64,000 nt of DNA, taken from positions 1,390-65,389 of the forward strand of contig CAZFMJ010000006.1 of the NCBI GenBank assembly GCA_964520045.1, given 5' to 3'. The position numbers and the translations under genes were made by a program. This DNA is from an uncultured Elusimicrobiales bacterium (GTDB lineage: Bacteria > Elusimicrobiota > Elusimicrobia > Elusimicrobiales > CAZFMJ01). The notes under the pieces were generated by a model. That model was given only the letters and a program-made list of their open reading frames with translations, had not been told where the DNA came from and searched no databases. Positions 37,240 to 45,923 of this stretch are shown here, in pieces. Positions within the stretch are counted from its first letter, which is position 1; every line of letters starts with the position of its first letter.

Positions 37240-39828
37240 TTATTTGAAAAATGTACATAGCGGACGCTTCCAGCGATCTTTCAAATTTTCAAGGGATTCT
37301 TCAATAACTGTCTTATTGTTAAGCCCCGTTATTTTCAATGTCTTTTCTTCTGTTGTCCGGCCTAGTTCGGCGCAGACCGCTCCGGCCATGCATTTTAGAA
37401 ATTTTAATTTGTTTTCAGGATGAATTTCCATAAGTATTCTGCTTTGCGATTCCGAAAACAGCAGTATTGAATCAGAAACGGATTTTCCCGCAAAAGGCAT
37501 ATTTTTAAGTTTTATATCTGCCCCGCAGTCCCCGGAGAAAGCCATTTCAGCGATGCACGCCCCAAGCCCGCCCTGCGAAAGGTCATGGGCTGAAAGTATC
37601 AGTTCTTTATTTATGGCAGAAAGCAGGGATTTGTAGGTTTTGAATGCTTTCTTAGGATTTGTTTTCGGAACATTAAAATCGCTTACGCCTGTTATTTCGG
37701 AGTAGATAGAGCCTCCGGTCTCGGCGAAGGTTTCGCCTATTATATAAAGCAGGTTTCCCGCGCTCTTTATATCCATTGTAAGCGCTTTTCTTATGTCGTT
37801 TACCGGAGCGGAGGCCGAAATTAAAATCGTGGAAGGTATATCAAGATTTTTGCCGTCTGCGTCTTTTGACCGGTTGTAAAAGCTGTCTTTTCCCGAAATA
37901 AAAGGGGCCTCGTATGCTTTTGAGGCTTCATAGCATCCTTTGGCGCAGCGCACAAGCTCTCCCAGCAATTCAGGATCTTCCGGACTGCCCCAGCAGAAAT
38001 TATCCAGAAAAGCGCATTTGGTTATGTCGGCTCCCGCGCACAGAAGATTTCGGACGGCTTCGTCCGCGCATGAAAGCGCCATCCAGTACGGGTCTAATTT
38101 TCCGAATGCGGGATTGATGCCGTGGCTTACCGCAAATCCGGAGAAATCGGACATGTCGCCGGTGGCTGAGCGCGGCCATATTACGCAGGCATCGCCGGGT
38201 CCGTCGGCATATTTACCCTGAAGCGGTTTTATAACAGTTCCGCCCTGCACTTCATGGTCGTACTGCTGTATCACCGGTTCCCTGCTGCAGACATTAAGGT
38301 GGGAAAGCGCCGCTTTAAGTATTTCTCCGTAATTTTCCTGTCCAATGTGCCGCTGGACGGCTGGATGGCTGGACGGCGAGGCAGCTAGACAGCTGGACCG
38401 CCAGACTGCTGGACCGCTGGACTGGTGACATGGGTTTACTGATGACTGGGTGCCTTTTTCTGGGGGGATAACTGTAATTTTTCGGTTAATCCGCAATTTT
38501 TCGGTTTTGATCTTCTCCTGCGGTTTCCATACAGCGGAACGTTTTATTTTAGGCAGTCCGCTGTGCAGGAAGTCCATTCCTATATCAATGATTGTTTCTT
38601 CATGGAATGTCACAACAAGCCTGCCTGTGCCGGTAAATGTTCCCAAGACCGCATGCTCGCAGTTTTCCGCGTCAAAGATTTCTTCCAGTTTCCTCAGGTT
38701 TTCCGGAGGAACCGCGAATATCATTCTTTCCTGCGATTCGGATACCCATATTTCCCACGGCAGTATGTTTGAATCTTTTAGTTTTGCTTTTTCCAGATGA
38801 ACTTTTGCCCCGCATTCTGAGCCTAGTTCTCCTATGGCCGAGGAAAATCCGCCGGCCCCGCAGTCCGTAACCGCCCTGTAAAGTTTTTTGTCGCGCGCTT
38901 TTAAGAGGCAGTCCAGCGCCTTTTTTTCATTTATGGCATGGCCTATCTGAACTGCTGATGCGGATGCGTTTTCAAGCGAAGCCGAGGAAAAGGTGGCTCC
39001 GTGCAGGCCGTCCCTGCCCGTTCTGCCTCCCGCGGCAAATATTATGTCGCCGGGATTTACCTTTTTTGATACTGCCCAAACCGGCATTATTCCCACTGTT
39101 CCGACGAACACAAGAGGGTTGAGCATGTAGCCTTCGTCAAAATGTATCGCTCCCGCGGCGGTGGGAATGCCCATGCGGTTTCCGTAATCGCGCACTCCCG
39201 CCACTACGCCTTTGAATATGCGCTCCGGAGACAAGGCTGATTTCGGGAGATTTTTTTTGTAGCCGGGGGGGGCGAAGCAGAAAATATCGGTATTAAGCAC
39301 CGGTTTTGCTCCGAGACCTACTCCAAGCACGTCGCGCACCACCCCGCCCACTCCGGTTTCCGCTCCGCCGTAGGGCTCTATGGCGCAGGGGTGGTTATGC
39401 GTTTCGGCTTTAAAAGCCAATGCCCATTTGCCGGATTTCCCGAATTTAACGACCCCGGCGTTGTCTTTGAATACCGAAAGGCACCATGGCTTTGAAAGTT
39501 CAATGGTCGCTTTTTGTATGTATTTTTTAAAAAGCCCCTCGGGAATAAATTGTGTTTTTCCGTTTTCTTTATATAAAATCGGGCCTGTGAATGTTTTGTG
39601 TTTGCAGTGTTCCGACCATGTCTGGGCTATTGTTTCAATTTCACCCAGAGACGGCTGTCTGCCCGTTTTTTTGAAATGGGTCTGGATATATTGAAGCTCC
39701 TGTATGTTCAGCGACCATCCAGCGGAATTATTAAGGAATTCCAGTTGTTTATTGTTAAGGCCGTTGAATGATCCAAGCAGGTTCTCGGGATTTAACATTT
39801 TCCGCGTTCTTGTTTTTAACATAGTCAC
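37240..39828 (-). CDS. purL: FGAM synthase II (PurL) with ~35-40-aa in-frame low-complexity insert
   Basis: SEHCKHKTF, ETHNHP, AIEPYGGAETGVGG and QYDHEVQGGT blocks. 862 aa, longer than I expect for small-type PurL. The insert is encoded by 38351-38429. Confidence 0.9.
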   Translation of the reverse strand: MTMLKTRTRKMLNPENLLGSFNGLNNKQLEFLNNSAGWSLNIQELQYIQTHFKKTGRQPSLGEIETIAQTWSEHCKHKTFTGPILYKENGKTQFIPEGLFKKYIQKATIELSKPWCLSVFKDNAGVVKFGKSGKWALAFKAETHNHPCAIEPYGGAETGVGGVVRDVLGVGLGAKPVLNTDIFCFAPPGYKKNLPKSALSPERIFKGVVAGVRDYGNRMGIPTAAGAIHFDEGYMLNPLVFVGTVGIMPVWAVSKKVNPGDIIFAAGGRTGRDGLHGATFSSASLENASASAVQIGHAINEKKALDCLLKARDKKLYRAVTDCGAGGFSSAIGELGSECGAKVHLEKAKLKDSNILPWEIWVSESQERMIFAVPPENLRKLEEIFDAENCEHAVLGTFTGTGRLVVTFHEETIIDIGMDFLHSGLPKIKRSAVWKPQEKIKTEKLRINRKITVIPPEKGTQSSVNPCHQSSGPAVWRSSCLAASPSSHPAVQRHIGQENYGEILKAALSHLNVCSREPVIQQYDHEVQGGTVIKPLQGKYADGPGDACVIWPRSATGDMSDFSGFAVSHGINPAFGKLDPYWMALSCADEAVRNLLCAGADITKCAFLDNFCWGSPEDPELLGELVRCAKGCYEASKAYEAPFISGKDSFYNRSKDADGKNLDIPSTILISASAPVNDIRKALTMDIKSAGNLLYIIGETFAETGGSIYSEITGVSDFNVPKTNPKKAFKTYKSLLSAINKELILSAHDLSQGGLGACIAEMAFSGDCGADIKLKNMPFAGKSVSDSILLFSESQSRILMEIHPENKLKFLKCMAGAVCAELGRTTEEKTLKITGLNNKTVIEESLENLKDRWKRPLCTFFK
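38351..38429. repeat. stutter repeat (GCTGGAC words) lying in-frame inside purL
   Basis: cgctggacggctggatggctggacggcgaggcagctagacagctggaccgccagactgctggaccgctggactggtgac. Confidence 0.75.
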
Positions 39829-39936
39829 GATAGTTCCATTCTACACATATTTTTGGAGGTATCAAGCCCAAATTGCTATGCAATTTGGAATGCCTAAATC
39901 CATTTTGCTATGTAATTTGGGGTTAGGGTTTCCAGA

Positions 39937-40581
39937 TTACATAATCGAAAAAGTGTTCACGATCGGGTTTACGAAAGTTTTTTTAACGGCATTTTCAATT
40001 TGTCTGCCGGAAGCCGGCGTTTTTAGCAGATAAGCCGTTCCGCAGCGGACGGACTCAGGCTCTTTAAGGCCTAAATCGGCGATCGCTTTTTTAACGCTTT
40101 CCCCCGGCACATCGGTTACCGAGTCTTTAAGCCATACTTCCACCCTGCGCCAGCCCTTCAAGGGGAAGGTGGAGTGCGAGACGGCTGGACTGTCCAAACA
40201 ATCCTTAAAAGCAGTGAGTTTGGACTGATCCATTCTCAAAGCCATTGAGGAAGGAATGGGACAGCTGGACAGTTGGGCCGCCGGAAACTGGTGATTTTTT
40301 TCTCTCTGGTGACCTTTTCCGCTGGAAACTGGTGACTTTTTCTGGAGAGGCAATTGCGGGAGTTGTATTGCATCGCAGGTTTCAGTTACCCTGTCGCATA
40401 AAAGTTCGTTCATTATCAGGTTTATTTCATCCTGCCGGAAATCGCCGGTTATTTTGTAAAGGCGGGAAACAGATGCCGAATGGGCCGAATCAAAGCCGCT
40501 TGTTTTAAGCGTTGATATGACATGCGCTTCTTCCGATTTGGCAAATTCCGGTTTTGTGCTGATTTCTATAACAAAATTCAT
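39937..40581 (-). CDS. purS: PurS-like protein with two PurS-type domains joined by repeat-derived linker (or purS plus an upstream in-frame ORF)
   Basis: C-terminus VEVWLKDSVTDVPGESVKKAIADLGL...VRCGTAYLL...FVNPIVNTFSI is a canonical PurS. The N-terminal 70 aa are PurS-like (RLYKITG...LLCDRVTE). An alternative GTG start lies at 40143. Confidence 0.75.
   Translation of the reverse strand: MNFVIEISTKPEFAKSEEAHVISTLKTSGFDSAHSASVSRLYKITGDFRQDEINLIMNELLCDRVTETCDAIQLPQLPLQKKSPVSSGKGHQREKNHQFPAAQLSSCPIPSSMALRMDQSKLTAFKDCLDSPAVSHSTFPLKGWRRVEVWLKDSVTDVPGESVKKAIADLGLKEPESVRCGTAYLLKTPASGRQIENAVKKTFVNPIVNTFSIM
40192..40345. repeat. double-hairpin element (40192-40261) plus stutter repeat (40262-40345), in-frame inside the purS ORF
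   Basis: Homology to 8468-8540 (reverse complement), and ggaaactggtgac occurs twice. Confidence 0.7.
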
Positions 40582-41441
40582 GAAAGCACTCTTTCCAACG
40601 CTTCTTTGTAGCGTTCGGCGGTTCCGGTTATGACTTCTTCCGGAAGGGCGGGGGGGGCGGATTTTTTATCCCAGCCCGAGTTTTCCAGATAATCTCTCAC
40701 AAACTGCTTATCAAAACTTTCGGGTGATTTGCCATCTGAGTATTGCGCCGAATCCCAGAATCTTGAGGAATCAGGAGTGACCAGCTCGTCTATGACAATT
40801 AATTCCCCGTCAAGAAATCCGAATTCAAATTTGGTGTCCGCAAGCAGTATCCCCCGCTTCTCAAGATAACCTCGGGCGTAATCATAAATTTTAAGGCTCA
40901 TTTGTTTGAGTTTTTCCGCCGTTTCCTTTCCGGCCAGACTGCGGAGCTTTTCAAAAGAAATGTTTTCATCGTGGCCCGTGTCGGCTTTTACGGCGGGAGT
41001 AAAAATAGGCTCGGGCAGTTTTTGGGCTTCTTTAAGTCCTGACGGAAGGCTGTGTCCGCAGGCCGAGCCGGTGTTTTTATATTCTTTCCATGCCGAACCA
41101 GCGATATAGCCGCGCACCACGCACTCAAAGTCTACGCGCTTTGCCTTTTTTACAAGCATTGTCCGGTTTTTGTAATAGGAAACGTCAAATTCCATTCCTG
41201 CGGGAAGGGATTCGCTGATTTCGGAAATCTCCGTAGCCAGCATATGATTGTCCGCTATATGTTTCGTCTTTTCAAACCAGAAGGAGCTTATTTTCGTGAG
41301 CGTTTCGCCTTTTCCGGGGATCAGGGCGGGGAGCACATAATCAAAAGCGGACAACCGGTCCGAAGAAACCAGCAGAAGCTTGTCTCCGAGGTCGTAAACG
41401 TCGCGCACCTTGCCCCTGCGCAGAAGCGGAAGGTTTAACAA
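40578..41441 (-). CDS. purC: SAICAR synthase
   Basis: GKVRDVYDL...LLVSSDRLSAFD. I place the start at TTG 41441 because the upstream 30 codons are the REP-like repeat. Confidence 0.85.
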   Translation of the reverse strand: MLNLPLLRRGKVRDVYDLGDKLLLVSSDRLSAFDYVLPALIPGKGETLTKISSFWFEKTKHIADNHMLATEISEISESLPAGMEFDVSYYKNRTMLVKKAKRVDFECVVRGYIAGSAWKEYKNTGSACGHSLPSGLKEAQKLPEPIFTPAVKADTGHDENISFEKLRSLAGKETAEKLKQMSLKIYDYARGYLEKRGILLADTKFEFGFLDGELIVIDELVTPDSSRFWDSAQYSDGKSPESFDKQFVRDYLENSGWDKKSAPPALPEEVITGTAERYKEALERVLS

Positions 41442-41446
41442 TTTAT

Positions 41447-41487
41447 TCCCCCCATCCCAGCCTTCCCCCGCAAGGGGGGAAGGAACC
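41447..41487. repeat. GC-rich GNRA hairpin repeat (REP-like)
   Basis: tccccccatcccagccttcccccgcaaggggggaaggaa is near-identical to 37171-37210. Confidence 0.7.
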
Positions 41488-41521
41488 TGCCAATACTTTT
41501 TTCTGCCATGAGCCAAATGTG

Positions 41522-43054
41522 TCACTCCCATTCGATCGTGGACGGCGGTTTTGAAGTGATGTCATATACCACGCGGTTTATTCCCCGCACCTCGCTTACT
41601 ATCCTGCCGGATATTTTCTGGAGTATTTCATGGGGAAGTTTTGACCAGTCCGCTGTCATTCCGTCGATGCTTTCCACCAGACGCACCGCCGCGGCGTTTT
41701 CATAGGTGCGCTCGTCTCCCATGACTCCCACGGATTTTACCGGAAGAAGCACGGCAAAGGCCTGCCATATTTTTTTATCCCATCCGCCCGCGGAGATCTC
41801 CTCGCGCACTATCAGATCGGCTTTGCGCAGTATCTCAAGCCTGCCGGCGGTTACGGCGCCGATTATCCTTATGGCAAGTCCGGGGCCGGGGAAAGGATGC
41901 GCCGACAGTATTTCCTCGTTCATGCCCATCTCCCGTCCCAACTTGCGCACCTCGTCCTTAAAAAGGAATTTCAGTGGTTCGATAAGCTTGAGCTTCATTC
42001 GCTTGGGCAGTCCGCCCACATTGTGGTGGCTTTTGATCACGGCGGAGGGTCCTGATACGGACACCGATTCTATCACATCGGGGTAAAGCGTGCCTTGCGC
42101 AAGGAAGTCGATCCCCTTTATGCGTTTTGCTTCTTTGTTGAAAACTTCAATAAAAGTTCTGCCTATGATTTTTCGTTTGCGCTCCGGGTCCGCCACTCCC
42201 TCAAGCCTTTTGAGGAAAAGTTTTGAGGCATCCGTCATTTTAAGATTAAGGCGCATCTTTCCGGCAAAAAGCCGTTTTACCCTTTCGCTGTCGCCGGAGC
42301 GCAGGAGGCCGGTGTCCACAAAAATGCAGTAGAGCCGTTTTCCTATGGCGCGGTGTATTATCGCGGCTGCCACCGAGGAGTCCACTCCTCCGGAAAGCGC
42401 GCAGACAACGGAGCCGTTTCCCGTCTGCCTCCTGATATTTTCAATAGATTCCTTTAATACGCACGCGGGAGTCCAGCGTTCGGAATAGCCGCATATCCGC
42501 CGGGCGAAGTTTTCAAGTATTTTATTCCCGCAGGAGGTATGCGCGACTTCCGGATGGAACTGGACCCCGTAAAAATTTCTGCGCTCATCGGCTATCGCGG
42601 CAAACAGGGCGGATCCGGTAACAGCGGCGGTTTTAAAATCGCCGCCGGTTTTTTTTACTCCGTCGCCGTGGCTCATCCATGCCTGAAAATGCTCGGGAAT
42701 ATTATGAAAAAGAGGGGAGCGCGCCGTCACTTTTACTTTTGCAAAGCCGTATTCGCGTTTTTTTGCTTTGTCCACTCTGCCCCCGCTTACGGCGGCAAGA
42801 AGCTGCATGCCGTAGCATATGCCGAGCGCCGGTATCCCCATTTTAAGGATTCGCAGGTCCGGTCTGGGTGATTTCGCCGCATGCACGCTTGCCGGTCCGC
42901 CTGAAAGTATGATCCCCAGAGGATTGTGTTTTTGTATTTCTTCAAAAGGCGCGGAAAAGGGAAGGATTTCTGCGTAGACGCCCTTTTCCCTGAGCCGTCT
43001 GGCTATGAGCTGGGTGTACTGGCTTCCGAAGTCCAATACAAGTATCCGCCTCAT
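41522..43054 (-). CDS. guaA: GMP synthase (glutamine-hydrolysing)
   Basis: ILVLDFGSQYTQLIARRLRE, SGGVDSSV PP-loop, C-terminal PPSTIEWE. Confidence 0.95.
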   Translation of the reverse strand: MRRILVLDFGSQYTQLIARRLREKGVYAEILPFSAPFEEIQKHNPLGIILSGGPASVHAAKSPRPDLRILKMGIPALGICYGMQLLAAVSGGRVDKAKKREYGFAKVKVTARSPLFHNIPEHFQAWMSHGDGVKKTGGDFKTAAVTGSALFAAIADERRNFYGVQFHPEVAHTSCGNKILENFARRICGYSERWTPACVLKESIENIRRQTGNGSVVCALSGGVDSSVAAAIIHRAIGKRLYCIFVDTGLLRSGDSERVKRLFAGKMRLNLKMTDASKLFLKRLEGVADPERKRKIIGRTFIEVFNKEAKRIKGIDFLAQGTLYPDVIESVSVSGPSAVIKSHHNVGGLPKRMKLKLIEPLKFLFKDEVRKLGREMGMNEEILSAHPFPGPGLAIRIIGAVTAGRLEILRKADLIVREEISAGGWDKKIWQAFAVLLPVKSVGVMGDERTYENAAAVRLVESIDGMTADWSKLPHEILQKISGRIVSEVRGINRVVYDITSKPPSTIEWE

Positions 43055-44211
43055 TTTCCCATGCCTATTTTCTGAGCTTTCTGGAAAAGTTTTCCTTCGG
43101 TCTTTATGGAAGGAGCTATGATTATTTCGGCCAGCTGGAGTTCTTTTATCGTGGCGGCGCCCAGCGTTCCCATGCAGGTCTTGAGCGCTCCAACAAGGTT
43201 CTGGCTTCCGTCGTCAAGCTTTGACGGGCCGCAGAGAATTTCCTCAAGCGAGCCGGTGACGCCCACGTATATTCTGGTTCCGCGCGGAAGATTGTGATGC
43301 GGGGTGGCCATGCCCCAGTGGTATCCGAATCCGGGCGCTTCCTTGCTTTTTGCAAACGCCGAGCCCACCATCACTCCGTCTGAACCGCAGGCTATCGCCT
43401 TGCAGATGTCTCCGCCGGTGGACATTCCGCCGTCCGTTATTATCGGGACATAGCGGTTCGTCTTTTTGAAGTAAAAATCTCTCGCCGAAGAGCAGTCTAT
43501 GGTGGCTGTTACCTGCGGCACGCCGATTCCGAGAACGCCCCGCGTGGTGCAGGCGGCGCCCGGGCCGACTCCCACAAGCAGTCCGGCTATGCCTGTTTCC
43601 ATGAGCTCGAGGGCCGTTTTGAAGGTGACGCAGTTGCCGGCGATTACCGGCATTTTCATTTCTTTGCAGAATTTTGCGATGTCTAAAGATTCGTGTTTTG
43701 AGGATTTATGTTTTACGGTTATGACGGTAGACTGCACTACGAATATGTCGCATCCCGCCTCTTTGGCTATGCGTCCGTAATCTTCTGCGTTCTGGGGTAT
43801 TGTGGATACGGCGCAGGGCACCTTGGCTTTTTTTATTTCCTCCACCCGCTTTCCTATCAGATGCTTTTTGACCGGTTCCTTATACATGTCCTGAACAAGT
43901 TTGGTGGCCGTTTCGGGGTCGGCCTTGGAAATATTTTTCGTTATTTCGCGCGGGTTTTCATACCTTGTGTTTATGCCGTCGAGATTTAAGACCGCAAGCC
44001 CGCCGAGCCTGCCCATTTCTACGGCAAAAGGAACGTCCACGACCCCGTCCATGGCGGAGGCAAGAAAAGGTATCTGAAGCTTTATATCTCCTATGGCCAG
44101 CGTTGTGTTCGTATCTTCGGGGTCGATCGTGCAGTTTCCCGGAATAAGCGCTATCTCGTCAAATCCGTAAGCCCTTCTGGCTTCGCGGTCCCTGCCTATG
44201 AAAAATGCCAT
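43051..44211 (-). CDS. IMP dehydrogenase-family protein without CBS insert (GuaB3-like)
   Basis: FDEIALIP, FLASAMDGV and GAACTTR (IMPDH Cys loop), but only 386 aa. Confidence 0.75.
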   Translation of the reverse strand: MAFFIGRDREARRAYGFDEIALIPGNCTIDPEDTNTTLAIGDIKLQIPFLASAMDGVVDVPFAVEMGRLGGLAVLNLDGINTRYENPREITKNISKADPETATKLVQDMYKEPVKKHLIGKRVEEIKKAKVPCAVSTIPQNAEDYGRIAKEAGCDIFVVQSTVITVKHKSSKHESLDIAKFCKEMKMPVIAGNCVTFKTALELMETGIAGLLVGVGPGAACTTRGVLGIGVPQVTATIDCSSARDFYFKKTNRYVPIITDGGMSTGGDICKAIACGSDGVMVGSAFAKSKEAPGFGYHWGMATPHHNLPRGTRIYVGVTGSLEEILCGPSKLDDGSQNLVGALKTCMGTLGAATIKELQLAEIIIAPSIKTEGKLFQKAQKIGMGK

Positions 44212-44480
44212 AAGATCTCCTTTGGGCTGAAGACTGAAGGCTATCAGTTCTGATTTGTACCTTCAGGCTAACAGCCGTCAGACTATCCACCTGAGCCGTT
44301 ACCTTATATTATCCAATCTCTCACATGAAAGGCAAATTTGAGAAGAAACGGTGAGAGAGAAAACGCGGATGGGATTTTTTCTCCGTCCAGCAAGTTGAGT
44401 AATACCGCAAAAAATGATATTTTTACATTATAAGGCATTATCCGGAATCTAGTGCCTATGTTTTATTCAAGGAGCTTATC

Positions 44481-45827
44481 ATGACGAACACTATTTCAAA
44501 AGCGCGTTCAGCAATGAAGAAAACACTTCCGGGGCCTAAGGCAAAAGCCCTGCTGGCAAAAGACGGAAAATATATATCGCCGTCATATACCCGTTCTTAT
44601 CCGGCCGTGGTATGCCGGGGCCGGGGAGCCAATATATGGGACGTGGACGGCAATTTGTTTCTGGATTTCAACGCGGGCGTCGCGGTATGCAGCACGGGCC
44701 ACTGCCATCCTGAGGTTGTTAAGGCCATACAGAAGCAGGCCGCCGAGCTCATACATATGTCGGGCACAGATTTTTATTATCCGTCCCAGATAAATCTGGC
44801 GGAAAAAATAGCTTCTATATTCCCTTCGGGGCCTTCCGCGAAATCTTTTTTTGCCAATTCCGGAGCAGAGGCCGTAGAGGCCGCCATGAAGCTGTCGCGC
44901 TATTATACCGGACGCCAGAAATTTATTTCTTTCTACGGCGCGTTTCACGGAAGGACGTTCGGAGCGCTTTCTCTTACTGCTTCCAAATATACGCAGAAAA
45001 AGGGTTTCGGAACCCTTCTGGCCGGAGTGGAGCATGCGCACTATGCCTATTGCTACCGCTGTCCGTTTAACCTTAAGTATCCGGGCTGCAGTCTTGCCTG
45101 CGCGGATTATATTGAAAACATACTTTTAAAGAAAACCATGCCTCCCGAGGAAGTCGCGGCGATAGTGGTTGAGCCTTTTCAGGGCGAAGGGGGCTATGTG
45201 GTTCCGCCGGCGGATTGGCTTCCCAGAATACATAAAATAGCGCAGAAATACGGAATGCTTCTGGTCTGCGATGAGATACAGGCAGGCATGGGACGCACCG
45301 GAAAAATGTTCGCATGCGAGCATTTCGGAGTCAAGCCGGATATAATAACGATAGCCAAGGGCGTGGCATCCGGTCTTCCGCTGGGCATAATGGTCGCCAA
45401 ATCATCCATTATGATATGGAAACCGGGAGCGCACGCTTCCACCTTCGGGGGCAATCCTGTCGCCTGCGAGTCGGCGCTTGCCACGCTGAAGCTGATTCAA
45501 AACGGGCTTATGGAAAATGCGCGGGTTCAGGGGGAGTATTTTAAGCAGCAGCTTCTGGAACTGCAGAAAGAATTTGAAGTCATAGGCGATGTGCGCGGAA
45601 AGGGGCTTATGCTGGCCATAGAGCTTGTTGAGGACAGGCATAGCAAAAAACCGGCCTGCGAATTAAGAAACAAAATAGTAGACGACGAGTGCTTTAAGCG
45701 CGGGCTTCTGCTTTTGGGCTGCGGGGCAAGCACGATACGGTTCTGCCCGCCTCTTGTAGTTACAAGAAAGGAAATAGATTCCGCCCTGGATATTTTAAGG
45801 GAAGCAATGCGCAGCTGTGTTAAGTAA
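44481..45827 (+). CDS. class III PLP-dependent aminotransferase (GabT/ArgD-like)
   Basis: ANSGAEAVEAAMKL, DEIQAGMGRTGKMFA, TIAKG (PLP Lys). Confidence 0.8.
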   Translation: MTNTISKARSAMKKTLPGPKAKALLAKDGKYISPSYTRSYPAVVCRGRGANIWDVDGNLFLDFNAGVAVCSTGHCHPEVVKAIQKQAAELIHMSGTDFYYPSQINLAEKIASIFPSGPSAKSFFANSGAEAVEAAMKLSRYYTGRQKFISFYGAFHGRTFGALSLTASKYTQKKGFGTLLAGVEHAHYAYCYRCPFNLKYPGCSLACADYIENILLKKTMPPEEVAAIVVEPFQGEGGYVVPPADWLPRIHKIAQKYGMLLVCDEIQAGMGRTGKMFACEHFGVKPDIITIAKGVASGLPLGIMVAKSSIMIWKPGAHASTFGGNPVACESALATLKLIQNGLMENARVQGEYFKQQLLELQKEFEVIGDVRGKGLMLAIELVEDRHSKKPACELRNKIVDDECFKRGLLLLGCGASTIRFCPPLVVTRKEIDSALDILREAMRSCVK

Positions 45828-45923
45828 AGCGGAAGATGCCGGCAAGCTGGCGGAAGTTTATTTTTTAGGCATTCTGATTACTGAATACTGTCTACTTTAG
45901 GGCTATAGATAAATTGAGTCTAT

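Noticed and set aside
41442-41531. N-terminal 30 codons of the purC ORF (MGVTHLAHGRKKYWQVPSPLAGEGWDGGNK)
   Set aside because: They are encoded by the REP-like GC hairpin repeat also found between purQ and purL. The conserved PurC sequence starts right after a TTG at 41441.
44212-44480. Possible purine, ZTP or other riboswitch upstream of the guaB-like/pur cluster; I also checked upstream of purF at 29183-29285
   Set aside because: I could not find the conserved cores of the purine or ZTP riboswitches by eye. The region instead contains a stutter-type repeat (ggctgaagactgaaggct...accttcaggctaacagcc). A covariance-model scan would be needed to be sure.
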